64,000 nt of DNA. Origin: Salisapilia sapeloensis CBS 127946 (lineage: Eukaryota; Protista; Oomycota). A program made the position numbers and the translations under genes. This document shows positions 25,793-37,360 of the stretch, piece by piece. The notes beneath the pieces are model-generated. The model was given only the letters and a program-made list of their open reading frames with translations, had not been told where the DNA came from and did no database searches. The stretch is from positions 1-64,000 of the forward strand of contig JAADVB010000050.1 of the NCBI GenBank assembly GCA_023334545.1, given 5' to 3'. Within the stretch, counting starts at the first letter, position 1. Each line of letters starts with the position of its first letter.

Positions 25793-26696
25793 ATGCAAGC
25801 TAATCCTGCGAAGGACGGAAACGCAATAAAGCGAGTCGTATCACACGAAACGGTATAGGCATTATAACACGTAGCAGCAACGATATGCTTGCGTCAGTAT
25901 ACTGGAACAGATATCAGAGCTTATGGATGTTTACCCAGCTTTTGGACGTCTAGGCCATGCGTTAATTGGTTCCTCCAGTCAACGGCAGACCAATTCGCGG
26001 TGTTTCGAGGCTAGAGTAACGGGAAGCGATCGACAAGGCCGACTTGAAATGGGTAGCAAACGTTACCCACTACGAGTGAATGAGATTGGTATCGGATGGA
26101 CATGCATCGTCTCCTCGTGGAGATTCAATTCTGTGCACGGACAGCCATATCAAAGGTCATCGCATCAGCAAGTATCGTTCGTCTACACTTTTGTACCTGA
26201 TTACAACATGTGTCTGGCTACTCATCTACCATCGGCTACTGAGACGATATAGATGCGCACGAGGACGTTTGCTTGCACGCATCCTGTAGTCGCATCATCT
26301 CCGAGCACTCCATTTCTGATCCTTCTTACACAAATATCCGGCTAGCTATCCATGACATCGGCCGTTTGTATCAATCTGTCTGGGTAGCACCGTCTGAGTT
26401 GTTGTCATCATCATCCATATCGCGAGGACGACTTGATATGTTATCCAATATCAAGACTAACCCCTACCAAGAAATCTATTTCAAATGTATGAGACAAAAT
26501 GGCCTTTATATCAGCAATATCCAAAGTACCGGTCGTCATTACCACCTGCAGTTCAAGTCTACGGCTACCTAATTGCGCCAGAGACTGGTTACCAACGTCT
26601 CTTTATGGCTCTTGTAGGAAAAATATAAAGCAAGAGAAAACATGGGTTTGTAGAGCATATAAATGTGCATTGTTTTTCTATCTATTAATGTCTTGA
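25793..26696 (+). CDS. Possible multi-exon hypothetical gene
   Basis: Short open segments bounded by GT/AG sites (MQANPAKDGNAIKRVVSHET | QQRYACVSILEQISELMDVYPAFGRLG...). No family recognised and the structure is unresolved. Confidence 0.3.
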
Positions 26697-26728
26697 CTTA
26701 TTCTACATAGTACGTATCTGGTTCGTAA

Positions 26729-27253
26729 TTACAGTGCCGTGTTGGCAAAGTGAATGTCCAAGTCGGACGCGTGTCGACTTTCCAAGCCATACTCAGCAAA
26801 GGTGTGCAATGGCTTCGAAGATGAAATTGGCATCGCCTGCGATTTGCGGACACTTTCTTGCTTCGGGCAATCTTGTGCTTTTTCGTTCGTGCTTTCTTTG
26901 GCGGCAGCAGCGTCGGCCGCTTCTTGCATAACACGAATGGACTGATTCACCTTGACAAGGTATGCGGCGTTCGACTTACAGTCGATGGAGCAGAAGCGGT
27001 CGTGTCGGCTCAAAGATCGAAGGAACACGCGTTTGCAGTTGCAGCACTTGCCACGTTTCTTCTCGCGCTTGGGGCGCAAGTTGCCGGTGCTGTAAATTCC
27101 TGTCTCACTGTCGCGACTTCGGGAGACTCGAGCGAGTATCTCCGGGTACTCATCCTCAGCCACGAGGGTGCGGACGTTTACTGTTTGCGGTGACGGGGAC
27201 TTGCTTTTGAAGAAAGGCAAGATGTCGTTAAAGAAGTTGGCGACGGACGGCAT
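26729..27253 (-). CDS. Small protein with an FCS-type (FLZ-like) zinc-finger motif
   Basis: ORF from MPSVAN contains CCNCKRVFLRSLSRHDRFCSIDCKS (CxxC...FCSxxC). Confidence 0.65.
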   Translation of the reverse strand: MPSVANFFNDILPFFKSKSPSPQTVNVRTLVAEDEYPEILARVSRSRDSETGIYSTGNLRPKREKKRGKCCNCKRVFLRSLSRHDRFCSIDCKSNAAYLVKVNQSIRVMQEAADAAAAKESTNEKAQDCPKQESVRKSQAMPISSSKPLHTFAEYGLESRHASDLDIHFANTAL

Positions 27254-27912
27254 GTTTGGAGGTGTTGGCGGTCGAGAGGAAATTGAGGAATGCTTTGTTG
27301 GCAACACTCCATCACGACTGCCCGGGCTCTACCACCATCAGCCAGCTCGCAGTATCAACATAAGATTTGAGCCATGTGGTCGCACCGGCGGACCCCACAG
27401 CCTCCGGCTCGATGGTTTGTCCGCTTGATAATCATATTCGCAGCGGTCACCCATCTGTATACAAGACATTTTTTTCATCTAGCCAGCGTTTTAGATTGGA
27501 GGAGCAGAGAAATATGGAGTTGAGGACGAAAAGTTGATGCATACCCACACCCCCTCCCACTGCGACTTTCCTTTCCATCACTCGGACGCATGTCTATCCA
27601 ATGAACTCCAATTCCTCCTTGATGCGGCGACTCGACGACAATTTTTCACGATTGATTAGACCTCCTTGGTCGTCCAGTTTGGACCCATCGACATCTGAAT
27701 CGACGTACATACTCCCAAAGGGCCATGTTTAGATATGCACGAAGGATCCATCCCACTGTGAAACTTGACGTCGAATCAATTTTTAACCATCGAAACGAAA
27801 AAATTCCTACAAGATCGCATGCAAACAACGCTTCCGTGTTTCATATCTCTCGTTCATCTCTCCTCCGTCTTTTCCGGCCCCGGACATAATACCAACGTCC
27901 GACACGCAAGGC

Positions 27913-29097
27913 CTACATGTTGCCTGCGTGCGGCATCTCGCCACTCGGATGACCGTGCTCCATGTGCGCGTGCGGGCCAGCGTTTTCGCCAAACCGAGGC
28001 GACTGCACCTTTTCCTTCTTGTGCTGCACCTTGAGGCGCTTCCGTCCGACCTGGAACCCGTTCATGCCCTTGATGGCAGCTTCCGCCGATGCGGCATTGT
28101 CGTAGCTCACGAAGCCTATTGCAACGTGTTAGCGTCATAGTTACCAAGTTGATGTAGGGAGACGTACCAAAGCCACGGCTACGACCCGTGTCCTTCTCGA
28201 CCATGATCCTGGCGCTAATGACGTTTCCGAACGTGGCAAAGTAGTTGAAAAGATCCTGATTGGTCATGTCGTTCGGAATGTGAAAAACAAATAGGTTGCA
28301 TCCAGGAGGACCTGGTCCATGCATAGAAAAGAAAACGGGAGCGAGACCAAGGGACGAATAGAGCACACGCAGACATGCAAAACAAAATACACGGTGACCA
28401 TCCAAACATACACAAAAGGAGACGAGAAGGACGCTTTACACGCATGTAGACACTACAGATCCACGAGAGACGGAACGAGTGTTGTACGAGCTGATGGTCT
28501 CTTCTCTTATATAAACAAGAGAGAAAAGAGGCTTACCTTGGCCGCTTTCGGTCATTTGGATGGGAGGTCCCGGACCAGCCATCTGAGGCGCATACCCTAC
28601 ATACAGCCACGTCAGGATACGTTCGATGGACTAGTAAGAGAAGGGATGAACCGTAAGGCGTCGGGACTGGATACATGTATCCACCGTTCGCGTACGGGGG
28701 ATAGCCCATTTGCTGTCCAAAAGGCTGAGGAAAACCCATAAAGGGAGCACCTATAATATACGATCAGTACGCTGATCCGACAGCTAATCCTGGCGTCTTT
28801 CAGCCTATACCTTGGCCTTGGGCGAGCGGTTGATTGACGAATTCAGCGCCAGGCTGACCGACGTGCGGTTGCATTTCCGCAGGTCCTCCCGCTAAACTCG
28901 CAGGTCTAGAAGAGAATAAAATGTCAGTAAGAAAATGAAATGGTTCGTTGTACAGCATCCTACCGTTCCCAAGTGGATTCTCCAGTGAACGAGTTGTAAT
29001 AATACTTGCGTCCATTCGGGGCGTCATGCTCCGACCATTGGTTTTCAGGAGAAGGCGTGGTATCCTGCACACCGTGCGGATGTTCCGGCGATCCCAT
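27913..29097 (-). CDS. WW-domain + CELF/Bruno-type RRM RNA-binding protein, multi-exon
   Basis: WW domain: [29 protein letters not shown]: [71 protein letters not shown]. Confidence 0.88.
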
Positions 29098-29827
29098 TGT
29101 AGTGTCCATTGTGGTTTTCGTCCGAGCGCAAAGTAATGACGAAGTGATCCGAGGGATGCAAGTGCTATAGATCAAGAGACGCGGGTCGTGCTTGTCTTTC
29201 GATAGAAATACGAAAGCGGTGTATCAAATCACAAGAGCTTGACGGCGTGGACGCGCGTGGCAGGAGAAAACTCGACGGTAGCTCCTACTTGTTCTCTTTT
29301 CCCGAGAAAGTTGTGATGTGCTGGTAATTTAGTGGATCACCACCTATCAAATGTAAATTTATGAGACGTCCGGCTAGATATTCGTGCGACATCCGTGCAA
29401 CCTTTTCGGGTGGGAGAGTAGGATCTTCAGACGGCACTGAGGAGCGTTTTCTTGCCCTTGTCTGGCGGCTGTTGACTTGATGCGATCAGACGATTGGACA
29501 AAACCTTTACTAGCGCTGATTAAAAGTGTAATGACGTCTTGGCTAAGGTAACGCTTGACGTTCGAGTTCAAGATGCGAGTAGGATCAAGCCAATGAGTTG
29601 GAAAGAGGTCTGCTTTTATTCCAATCGCATTGCCCGCATGTGGAAGGACGCGACATGCCGATTTATTCTGCCACGACAAGATAGAAAAGTGGTGGGGAGA
29701 GGAAGAAAAGTCGTGTTCCGACGGTCACTGCGTTCTAGTATGAGGCGATCAGACGACTTATAGAGATCCTGGTCCGTCCGTCCGTCCTCTGGTCATTTCC
29801 CAACTTTCCTCCCGTCGAGCAGACCGC

Positions 29828-31402
29828 ATGGTACGCAAGGCCTTTATCATCGGCGGCGTCGTCCTGGTGCTCGCCGCCGTCGTGGCAGTCATCCTCGGTA
29901 CGTCTATCAAGTAGTCAGTAGCATCCCATCAGCTCCTCATCCCTTTCTGTCCTGCAGGTGTCACGTTGAGCGGTAGCGACGACTCGAACACTGGCGACGG
30001 CAACTCGGGCTCCGGTTCCGATGCCTCTGGAGGTGGAGGCGATATATCTAGCTCCAAGAACGTATCGGACGATGACCTCTTGGAAGAAACAAGCGACTCG
30101 GGCTCTGGCTCTGGCAGCTCGCTATATGCGGATGAACCAGACAGTGACCCCGACACGATTGAAGAAGCGTTGACGATGCTCGCGATCGGTGACTGGGGTG
30201 CCACGACCGACAAGCCTGGTTCGTGCTGCAACAAGTACCGCAAGACGCCGAACGATTCGCTCGCGATGAAGATCGACTACTGGGCGCAGATTAATGTGGC
30301 TGAAATCCTGTCGCAATCTGCTGCAGACATCAAACCCACTGCGATCATCGGCCACGGTGACAACATCTACTGGAACGGTGTCGGTCCGGACGATGCAGAG
30401 TACCGTATGGAGAAAACGTTTGAAGAAGTGTACGACCAGGAGTCTCTCCAGGGCATTCCATGGGTCAATGTTGTCGGCAATCACGATCTCGGTGGATCCG
30501 AGTACCTCTGTGGTGACAAGGATTACGAGTTTCACGAGTGTGAGAGCGCCGATGATTTGGTCAAGTACCTTAAGCTCAAGTTTTCTCTCCAACAAGAGTA
30601 CAAGAGTCCGAATGACGACCGATGGAAGCTGTCGGACCACTACTATGTCGAGTCGTTTGAAGCGAATGGCGTGTCCGTAGACATTTTCAATGTCGACACG
30701 AATTTGGCAGATTCCCATGGTGCCATGCAGATTTGTTGCCAGTGCTATGGCTACGTGAAGAAGGTGGCCAAGACGGCGGAAGAGGCCAGTACACTCGGAG
30801 ACACTTGTAATGACCAAAAGCCTGGCGATGAGCTTTGTGCTGGTGGAGATAGAGCCTTGTACGATGCTTGCTACGACGTGCTGCAGGAGTGGTGGGACGA
30901 TTCGTTGGAACAAGTGCAAAAGGATCTAAAGGCGTCCAAGGCGACGTGGAAGATCATCAACACGCACTACTCTCCCCACTTCCACATGAGCGAAGACAAA
31001 ATGAAGCAATGGTACTCGATTACCAAGGAGCACAATGTCCAGTTGTACATGAACGGACACACTCATGGTTTCAACCATGATCTAAGCAAATGGGGCACGC
31101 ACTTCTTTGAGAATGGAGGTGGTGGAGGTATCCAGAGTGAGACGTCTGGTCTGCCACCTGATGTCGCGATCAAGTTCGTGGAGAACGTGTGGGTCGCGCC
31201 TGGTAACCCGTACGGATTCTTTGAGCTCCACTTTTCGGAAGACTGGCTCACGATGGAATTTGTCACGTTTGACAATGCATGGACATTTAGCAAGGTGAAG
31301 AATGAGATTACGACTGGTGGCTACGAGAAGAGTCATTGCTACCACATCCCAGTGACCATGGGCAAGGGTCGTCCGTGTGGCGGAGGCTCGTCAACTAGCT
31401 AG
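29828..31402 (+). CDS. Calcineurin-like metallophosphoesterase (purple/tartrate-resistant acid phosphatase-like) with N-terminal membrane anchor
   Basis: Metal-binding motifs GDWG, GDNIY, GNHD and NGHTH. Exon 1 encodes a hydrophobic anchor (intron 29898-29957), followed by a Ser/Gly/Asp-rich stalk. Confidence 0.9.
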
Positions 31403-31629
31403 AGACAGCTACTTTGGAAAGATTTCAATCCTTTTTGCATTTACATGTGACCTTTTGGTTTTCAGACACTAGAAAGATCAAAAGGCAAATACAAGTATCG
31501 TTTGGCTTGGCATCTTATAAATATGCAGGAATAGTCTGTATTCCAAGTTTTGATTGGTTGTAAAGATGAATGTAGCTTTGGGATTGGATGAAAATGAAAA
31601 GAGTTTAAATATATTTTTCCCGCGGAAGC

Positions 31630-32761
31630 ATGAAGCACATGCAGCCAGTGATGCTACGGCATCTACCGTCTTTGGACGATGGATATCACTTGCTTCCTGT
31701 CAATGATAAGTGGTCGGAAAAGCTGCCTGCTGAGCTTCCTCTTCGCTTCGCATTCTTTCGGTCTGTGTATAGTTTGGTAAACTAGTGGAGTCTACTGACA
31801 ATGACGATGTTGATACAGTTACTTGGGCTTCTTGGTCGTGTGCAGTAAGAATGGCAAGACGAATGTCGTAAAGACGAAAAAGCTGCGTGCTTTGCATGTG
31901 ACAATCCATAATGACGAGGAAGAAGTGTTTGACGAAAGCGTTCATCCGTTCCCGAACGGTGTCTTCTATATGCAGGACTTGATCATGGAGGAGCCTGGCG
32001 AGTATCGACTATCTATCTCTGTGGAAGGAGAGATGGGTCCTCTAATAAAGCCATTGACACTCAGTTGCAACGTATATGAGTTCATGGGTTTAGATAACAC
32101 TAGTTCCGAGTGGGCACAAGGTGTCTACGCTCCACTTCGGCAGGTCGTGGAGGAACTTGAAAGCCAGAAGAAGATTGAAAACCTTCGTGATGAGAAATTC
32201 ATTACTGAAATAGCTCGTAGCAAGAGACATTCCTTGCGTGTTTGTGATGCAAAGGTACACTTGTTCTCTGAAGGACAGCTTATCAGGTTCTTACAAATGG
32301 ACTAGTGGTGGCTGAAAGCATTCGTCCAGCATAGTCTGGACAGAGAGGAACAGATGCAGCTTCAACGACAGAGACTAGCTGTACGTATACACTACCATTT
32401 CATCCCTCCTCTTTCTCTCATCTCCTACAGACCAAACCTTTGGAATCGAAGCGAAAACGGAAGCAGGAGCATCCAAGTACGCTATATTTTCCTCTTCCAT
32501 TGCATCCTCTATAGCTCATACATTTACATAGGTCGCACAGCCACGGAGAGAGAGCATGAAAACTTGTTCCAGCGTCGTAGGAAAGAGTGGAAGCGTGTCC
32601 GAACGGGAGAACTGCGCATGTTCACCACTGAACGTCTACATGGTACGTCTATCTTCCTACCTCTTGTTCCACCATCTAACAATTGTATAGCTGGCGCGAC
32701 CGTGACTGTGTACAGTCAACGAGATATGTACAAGCAGCTTTCCTTGTACGCTCAGCTATGA
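31630..32761 (+). CDS. Hypothetical protein, multi-exon
   Basis: Open exons joined by GT-AG introns, including a 160-aa central ORF and a basic KRKRK segment. No family recognised. Confidence 0.55.
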
Positions 32762-32799
32762 CTTAAGACCCAGTAGGCAGGAATAAATATACGTGTATT

Positions 32800-35700
32800 T
32801 CAATCCGAGGTCGTCGGTAGCGTGATAGAAAACTCCATCTGCGGCGCGGGAGGTGTCCCATGCGGTCGTTCAAACGCTGATTCATAGTACTCAGCCAGTA
32901 CGCCCAAGTACCGCGACAATGACCTCTCTGCATACGCTTCCAAGTGTGTCGGAAAGTGAATACCTTCCACGCGTTTCTGCCCATGCGTTGCCATCTGCAC
33001 TGCCACCATCTTCATCTGCGCGTCGAGTTTGCTAGCAAGGAGCAAGTCGACTGTCAGCTCTTCATCGTCCATACCTTGATGGAAGATAGAGGCGCTGCTA
33101 CTACTGCTCGAATGCATGCTTCCGTTGCTACTAGGCATCCGAACGGACTTTAACGTAGCGCTTTCATCCCACTCGATCAACCGGCCAAGTACTGCTCTTC
33201 CTTCCATCTGCTCTTCGTCCTTATCTTGAGCATCGGAGGAAGCGCCTAGAAGTAGCGTATGCGCCATCTCACTTAGCTGTGTCCAATACCCACCGACTGG
33301 CGATGCAGATGTGGCAGACGACGTAGATGCGTCTGTCGCTGTCGGACTATTGTGTTCAAAGAAGCGTGTGGGAGCTAGTAGAATCCGATCGGATGCACAA
33401 GGTAGATCCAGTCGATTGTATACAAAGACTTTAAAGACGAGGATGTAGCAGAATATCTTTTGGACTTCTTCGTTCCAATGGAGGAAGAGCTGGAAGAAGT
33501 GTTCTTTCAAGATCAAATTCGCGATTAATCGACGTCGCATTGTAGCTGGGAAAAGACCTACGCTTTCAACGTTAGTGTTTAAGAGAGTATGGAAGAGATA
33601 TTAGAAGGTACCAAGGGTATTGTAGAGGAACGTCAGGACTTTGAGTAGCGTCTGGACGTGTTCAGTTTCCAATGCAGGTCGCATGGCGGATTCAAACATG
33701 TCTAGATCGAACGATTCGGAGATGTTATGGTTCTTTATCCCGTTCATCCTCTCTTCCAAGGCATTTCCGGCGGACGAAACGGATGTGCCGAGGTCACGTC
33801 GAGAGGCTGCAGCGGCTGCGACTTGCAGTAGTCGCTGAAGGACTGTGAATGAGTAGTTGACACTAGCTGGATCGAGCATATTCGTGCCTTCTAGTACGAC
33901 TTGGAGGACGACATTGACGAGCTGTTCGTTGCAAAGCACTTCATAGGACGCATCATACACGATCTCAGTCTCTCTCCCGACCCAATACGCTTGCCACGTA
34001 TCGGCCGTTCTGCCATCAAGGATGGACAAGAGGCGACTCATGGATCCATTAGAGGTTCCTGACGGTGTGTTTAGATCCATACGTTGTCGACGTTGACACA
34101 TGCGTTTTAATACTTCTGTATACGCTCGAAGGAAGGTAAAGTATCCAGGAATACAATACCAAACGATCTCTTCTCTAGCATGCTGGCAGTACCATACAGA
34201 CACAGTATTACACAGAGCTGCTGTAAACGTTACGACCATCAAGTCTTCGCGAACAGGTACGGCCAGTCGCTTGGTGAATGACGTGATTGCGTCCGATAGA
34301 TGCTGACGAGACATCCAGTTCTTCGCAAAGACCTTTCGTTCTGATGTGAGTGCAGTGGAGATGAGAGGCATGGTTGATAGAAAGCTTTCGTCTCGATCCT
34401 TATTCGCGTGCATTTGGTGCTTGAAGACTTTGCTCAGTGCTTCATCGATACGATGCGAGACTCTAGCTAGCATCTTGTCATGACCTTCAGATGTCTTGGT
34501 ATCGAAAGAAGAGCTAGGTGGATGGATATCGACGGGATTCCTCTTGTAATTGCGAAAGGCATTCAATACGTTCGTCACGACATTAACATCTTGGTCCGAC
34601 TCGGAGTCGTTTAATGATACGTAATGCCAAGTAATCTGGTCGGATGGACCCTCTATAGAATCTTCCGTCGTCTTGGAAGATGTATCTTGAGGCTGCTTGT
34701 CCTTCCCTCCACTCCCTCGTATCTGGTGCGTACAGTTCCACGCTGCCGTGATGAAGTGCGACGAGAAAGTTGGAAACCGCAAATAGATGAGAGCAAACGT
34801 ATGAGAGAGAAAGAGCTGGTGTTCATCCGATAGAAACCGTAGATGCAGCAGCTTAGACGTACACAAGTCGAGGCATCGCGTCAGTAGTGCAAAGTATCGT
34901 TCCGCCACTATCATCACATTAGTACCTCTAGAGCACACAAGTAGATAAATGAGAGATGTTATACCGTGATCCGATACGTGGATAATGTCTTTATCTAATC
35001 GGAAGCCCTCGACAAATTCTAGTCGATGTGCGATGCAGACGGCGATCTGGAGATACAACGCTCGGCATCGATTACGCACCGGAACAGACTCACTCATGTC
35101 CATAATGTACTCCCTACATCCACCAGATCATCTACCACTACTCGATATCTCCATCTAACGATAGCAAGTCGTACCATAGATCGACGAGCGCGAGCTGACC
35201 CTCGAGCAATGTCAGCAGCTTGGGTGCTTGTGGGTAATACGACAATGACGTCGTGGTTGATATATGTTCATACCCACTCGCGAGTATATCAGCGCCAAAG
35301 TCTGCGTAGAGGAAGTTTGGTCGTTGGAGCAGCGCTCGGGCGTCCGCAAGCATGGAAACTTTCCGCTCAAAGCCCCAGTGGCCGATGGTCGGACCAGAAA
35401 CTCGCACCGGTTCTCGATTTTTAGCAATCTTGACAAGGTCCTGCTGTACCTGTGAAGTAAAGCCTACGACTGGGTGGTGCACAGCACGATACAAGGCTGC
35501 ATCGCGGAGCATGGCGACGAGTATTCTAATCTGATCGCAGATAGGAATAAAAACGGCAAGTCATGTCGCTGGTTCATTCGGACAGCCGTTCAAAGGTAGC
35601 GATCATATCAGGACAGTACTTTGAAACGATGGAAGGGGAGTATTCGGTGTGTGTGGGAAAGAAAGTATACAGTTCTGTCGTTAAATACCTACGCTTGGTT

Positions 35701-36339
35701 CTAGAGAAATATGCTTGACTATTCGTTCCATAGCTCAGAATGGTTTTCATCTGGTATCCAGCGCGTAGCTCGAAGAAGTAGCATCTCTTCCATAGGTGGA
35801 GAAGGTAGGTCGTCTAGAGACCGGTCCATGTCATCCATGACGATGACTTCAATGTCGTCGTTGAATCGAACAGCATGCGGTGCACCTAGATATTCGTGTG
35901 CTTCGCGGTGTTTGTATCGATTCACTTGCTCGAGAACTGCTTTTCGACGCTCCTGACTTACTCGTTCGGAAGCTTTTTCAAGCTTGCGGAGCACACCGAA
36001 GGCCTGAAACCACTGATTGCGCGCTAGCAACTGTTTGGCGTGATCGGCGGAAGTTTTCAAGACGTTCCATGCATGGCGCACGGCATCATTCGAGGTAACG
36101 CGTGGCCATGGGATGGCATCCCGCGGCCAAAATGTTTTTGCCGAACGTAGAGATGAGCGAGGGGATGCCGACTCGAATTGCTTCGAGACTTTAAGCAGCG
36201 CCAATTGATCGCATGCCGATCCACCGTCGTCTTCGGTCATTTCGTCTGAAAGGGATTGGGAAGTAGAGCGCAACCGTTTTAGCGATGTCGACATACAGGC
36301 CGTGGCCTCGAGCGTCTGCTGGGGCATGCACGAGATCAT
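32800..36339 (-). CDS. Large helical-repeat protein with a DUF1765-like C-terminal region, multi-exon
   Basis: Four long collinear ORFs (35719-36339, 35138-35512, 33601-35103, 32800-33540). The segment ETEHVQTLLKVLTFLYN...FFQLFLHWNEEVQKIFCYILVFK resembles DUF1765 as I recall it. The 5' end is uncertain. Confidence 0.65.
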
Positions 36340-37360
36340 TGGTTGGGTTCCAAATCGAAAATAAATCTTGATTAGGACTCGTGCTCATGCCGAGGGAACC
36401 CCTCTACTGGCTAGAAACTTGGTTGCAATGATCTTAACCGGCTGGAAGCTCGTGTCCTGTGGCTCATGACGCCGCAGCCACACAAAGTGACCACGCATCT
36501 GTTAACAAACGAAGGCAAAAGTGCATATAGATAGGGCGAGGGCATCTACTCGTGGCCTAGAAGAGTGATAGTAATCTCGAAAACAAGATCCAAGATCGTG
36601 TACCTCGATGCGCGAGGTTGTGCATCGTTCCTATGCCCTAGTACTTCACCTGACTTCTCGAGCGACTGCGAGTATGAAGTCTCACGTCGGCGACATTTAC
36701 ATGTTTGTGGCTTCAATGCGAGTGAAACTGTAGGTTTTCGTACGTGCGAAGAGACCGTGTGAAGAGCCTGTCCAAGCGCCTAGTCAACCTTCGAGGTATC
36801 TCATGTAGGCCCACACTTCTGATATAACTCTTCTCTGTTGCGCAAGACAACTTCAGGAAGGATAGAGTAGAGTAGACCTGTGCTGACGGATACATGCGCC
36901 CGTTGCTGTCCATTTTTGTTGGAGATCGCGCTTGTCATCTCCTGCCTGACCTTGTTTCAACCGAAGTGTATCCAGAACGACGAAAGCCATTAACGTTCAG
37001 TCGACAGTCAGGTGCACAAAGGTACCAGTTAGGTACACACCTTCATTGTGGTCGGGAGCATGTATCTAGACGACTACATCAAACATTTTCTCATACACCG
37101 AGGACATGTAGAGCAAAAATTTCTCGAATGCTTCAAGACAAAGAGCATTTCTACCAATCACCACTAGCTTCAACCACACTTCGTATGAACTTCAACCACA
37201 TTAAATGTGGCAATAATTATTTATACAAGGCACATCATCTATTCCTACTGTTCAATCATGGCAATCGGTAGATTTGCAATTGATCGAATGTCATCTAACG
37301 ACTAGCTCCACGCCACAGAGACATCATTTTATATCCTCCAGTCTCCCTAGTACGTAAAAC

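Noticed and set aside
36400-37300. Short ORFs between the DUF1765-like gene and XYLB
   Set aside because: There is no family similarity, and the exon candidates on either strand are ambiguous.
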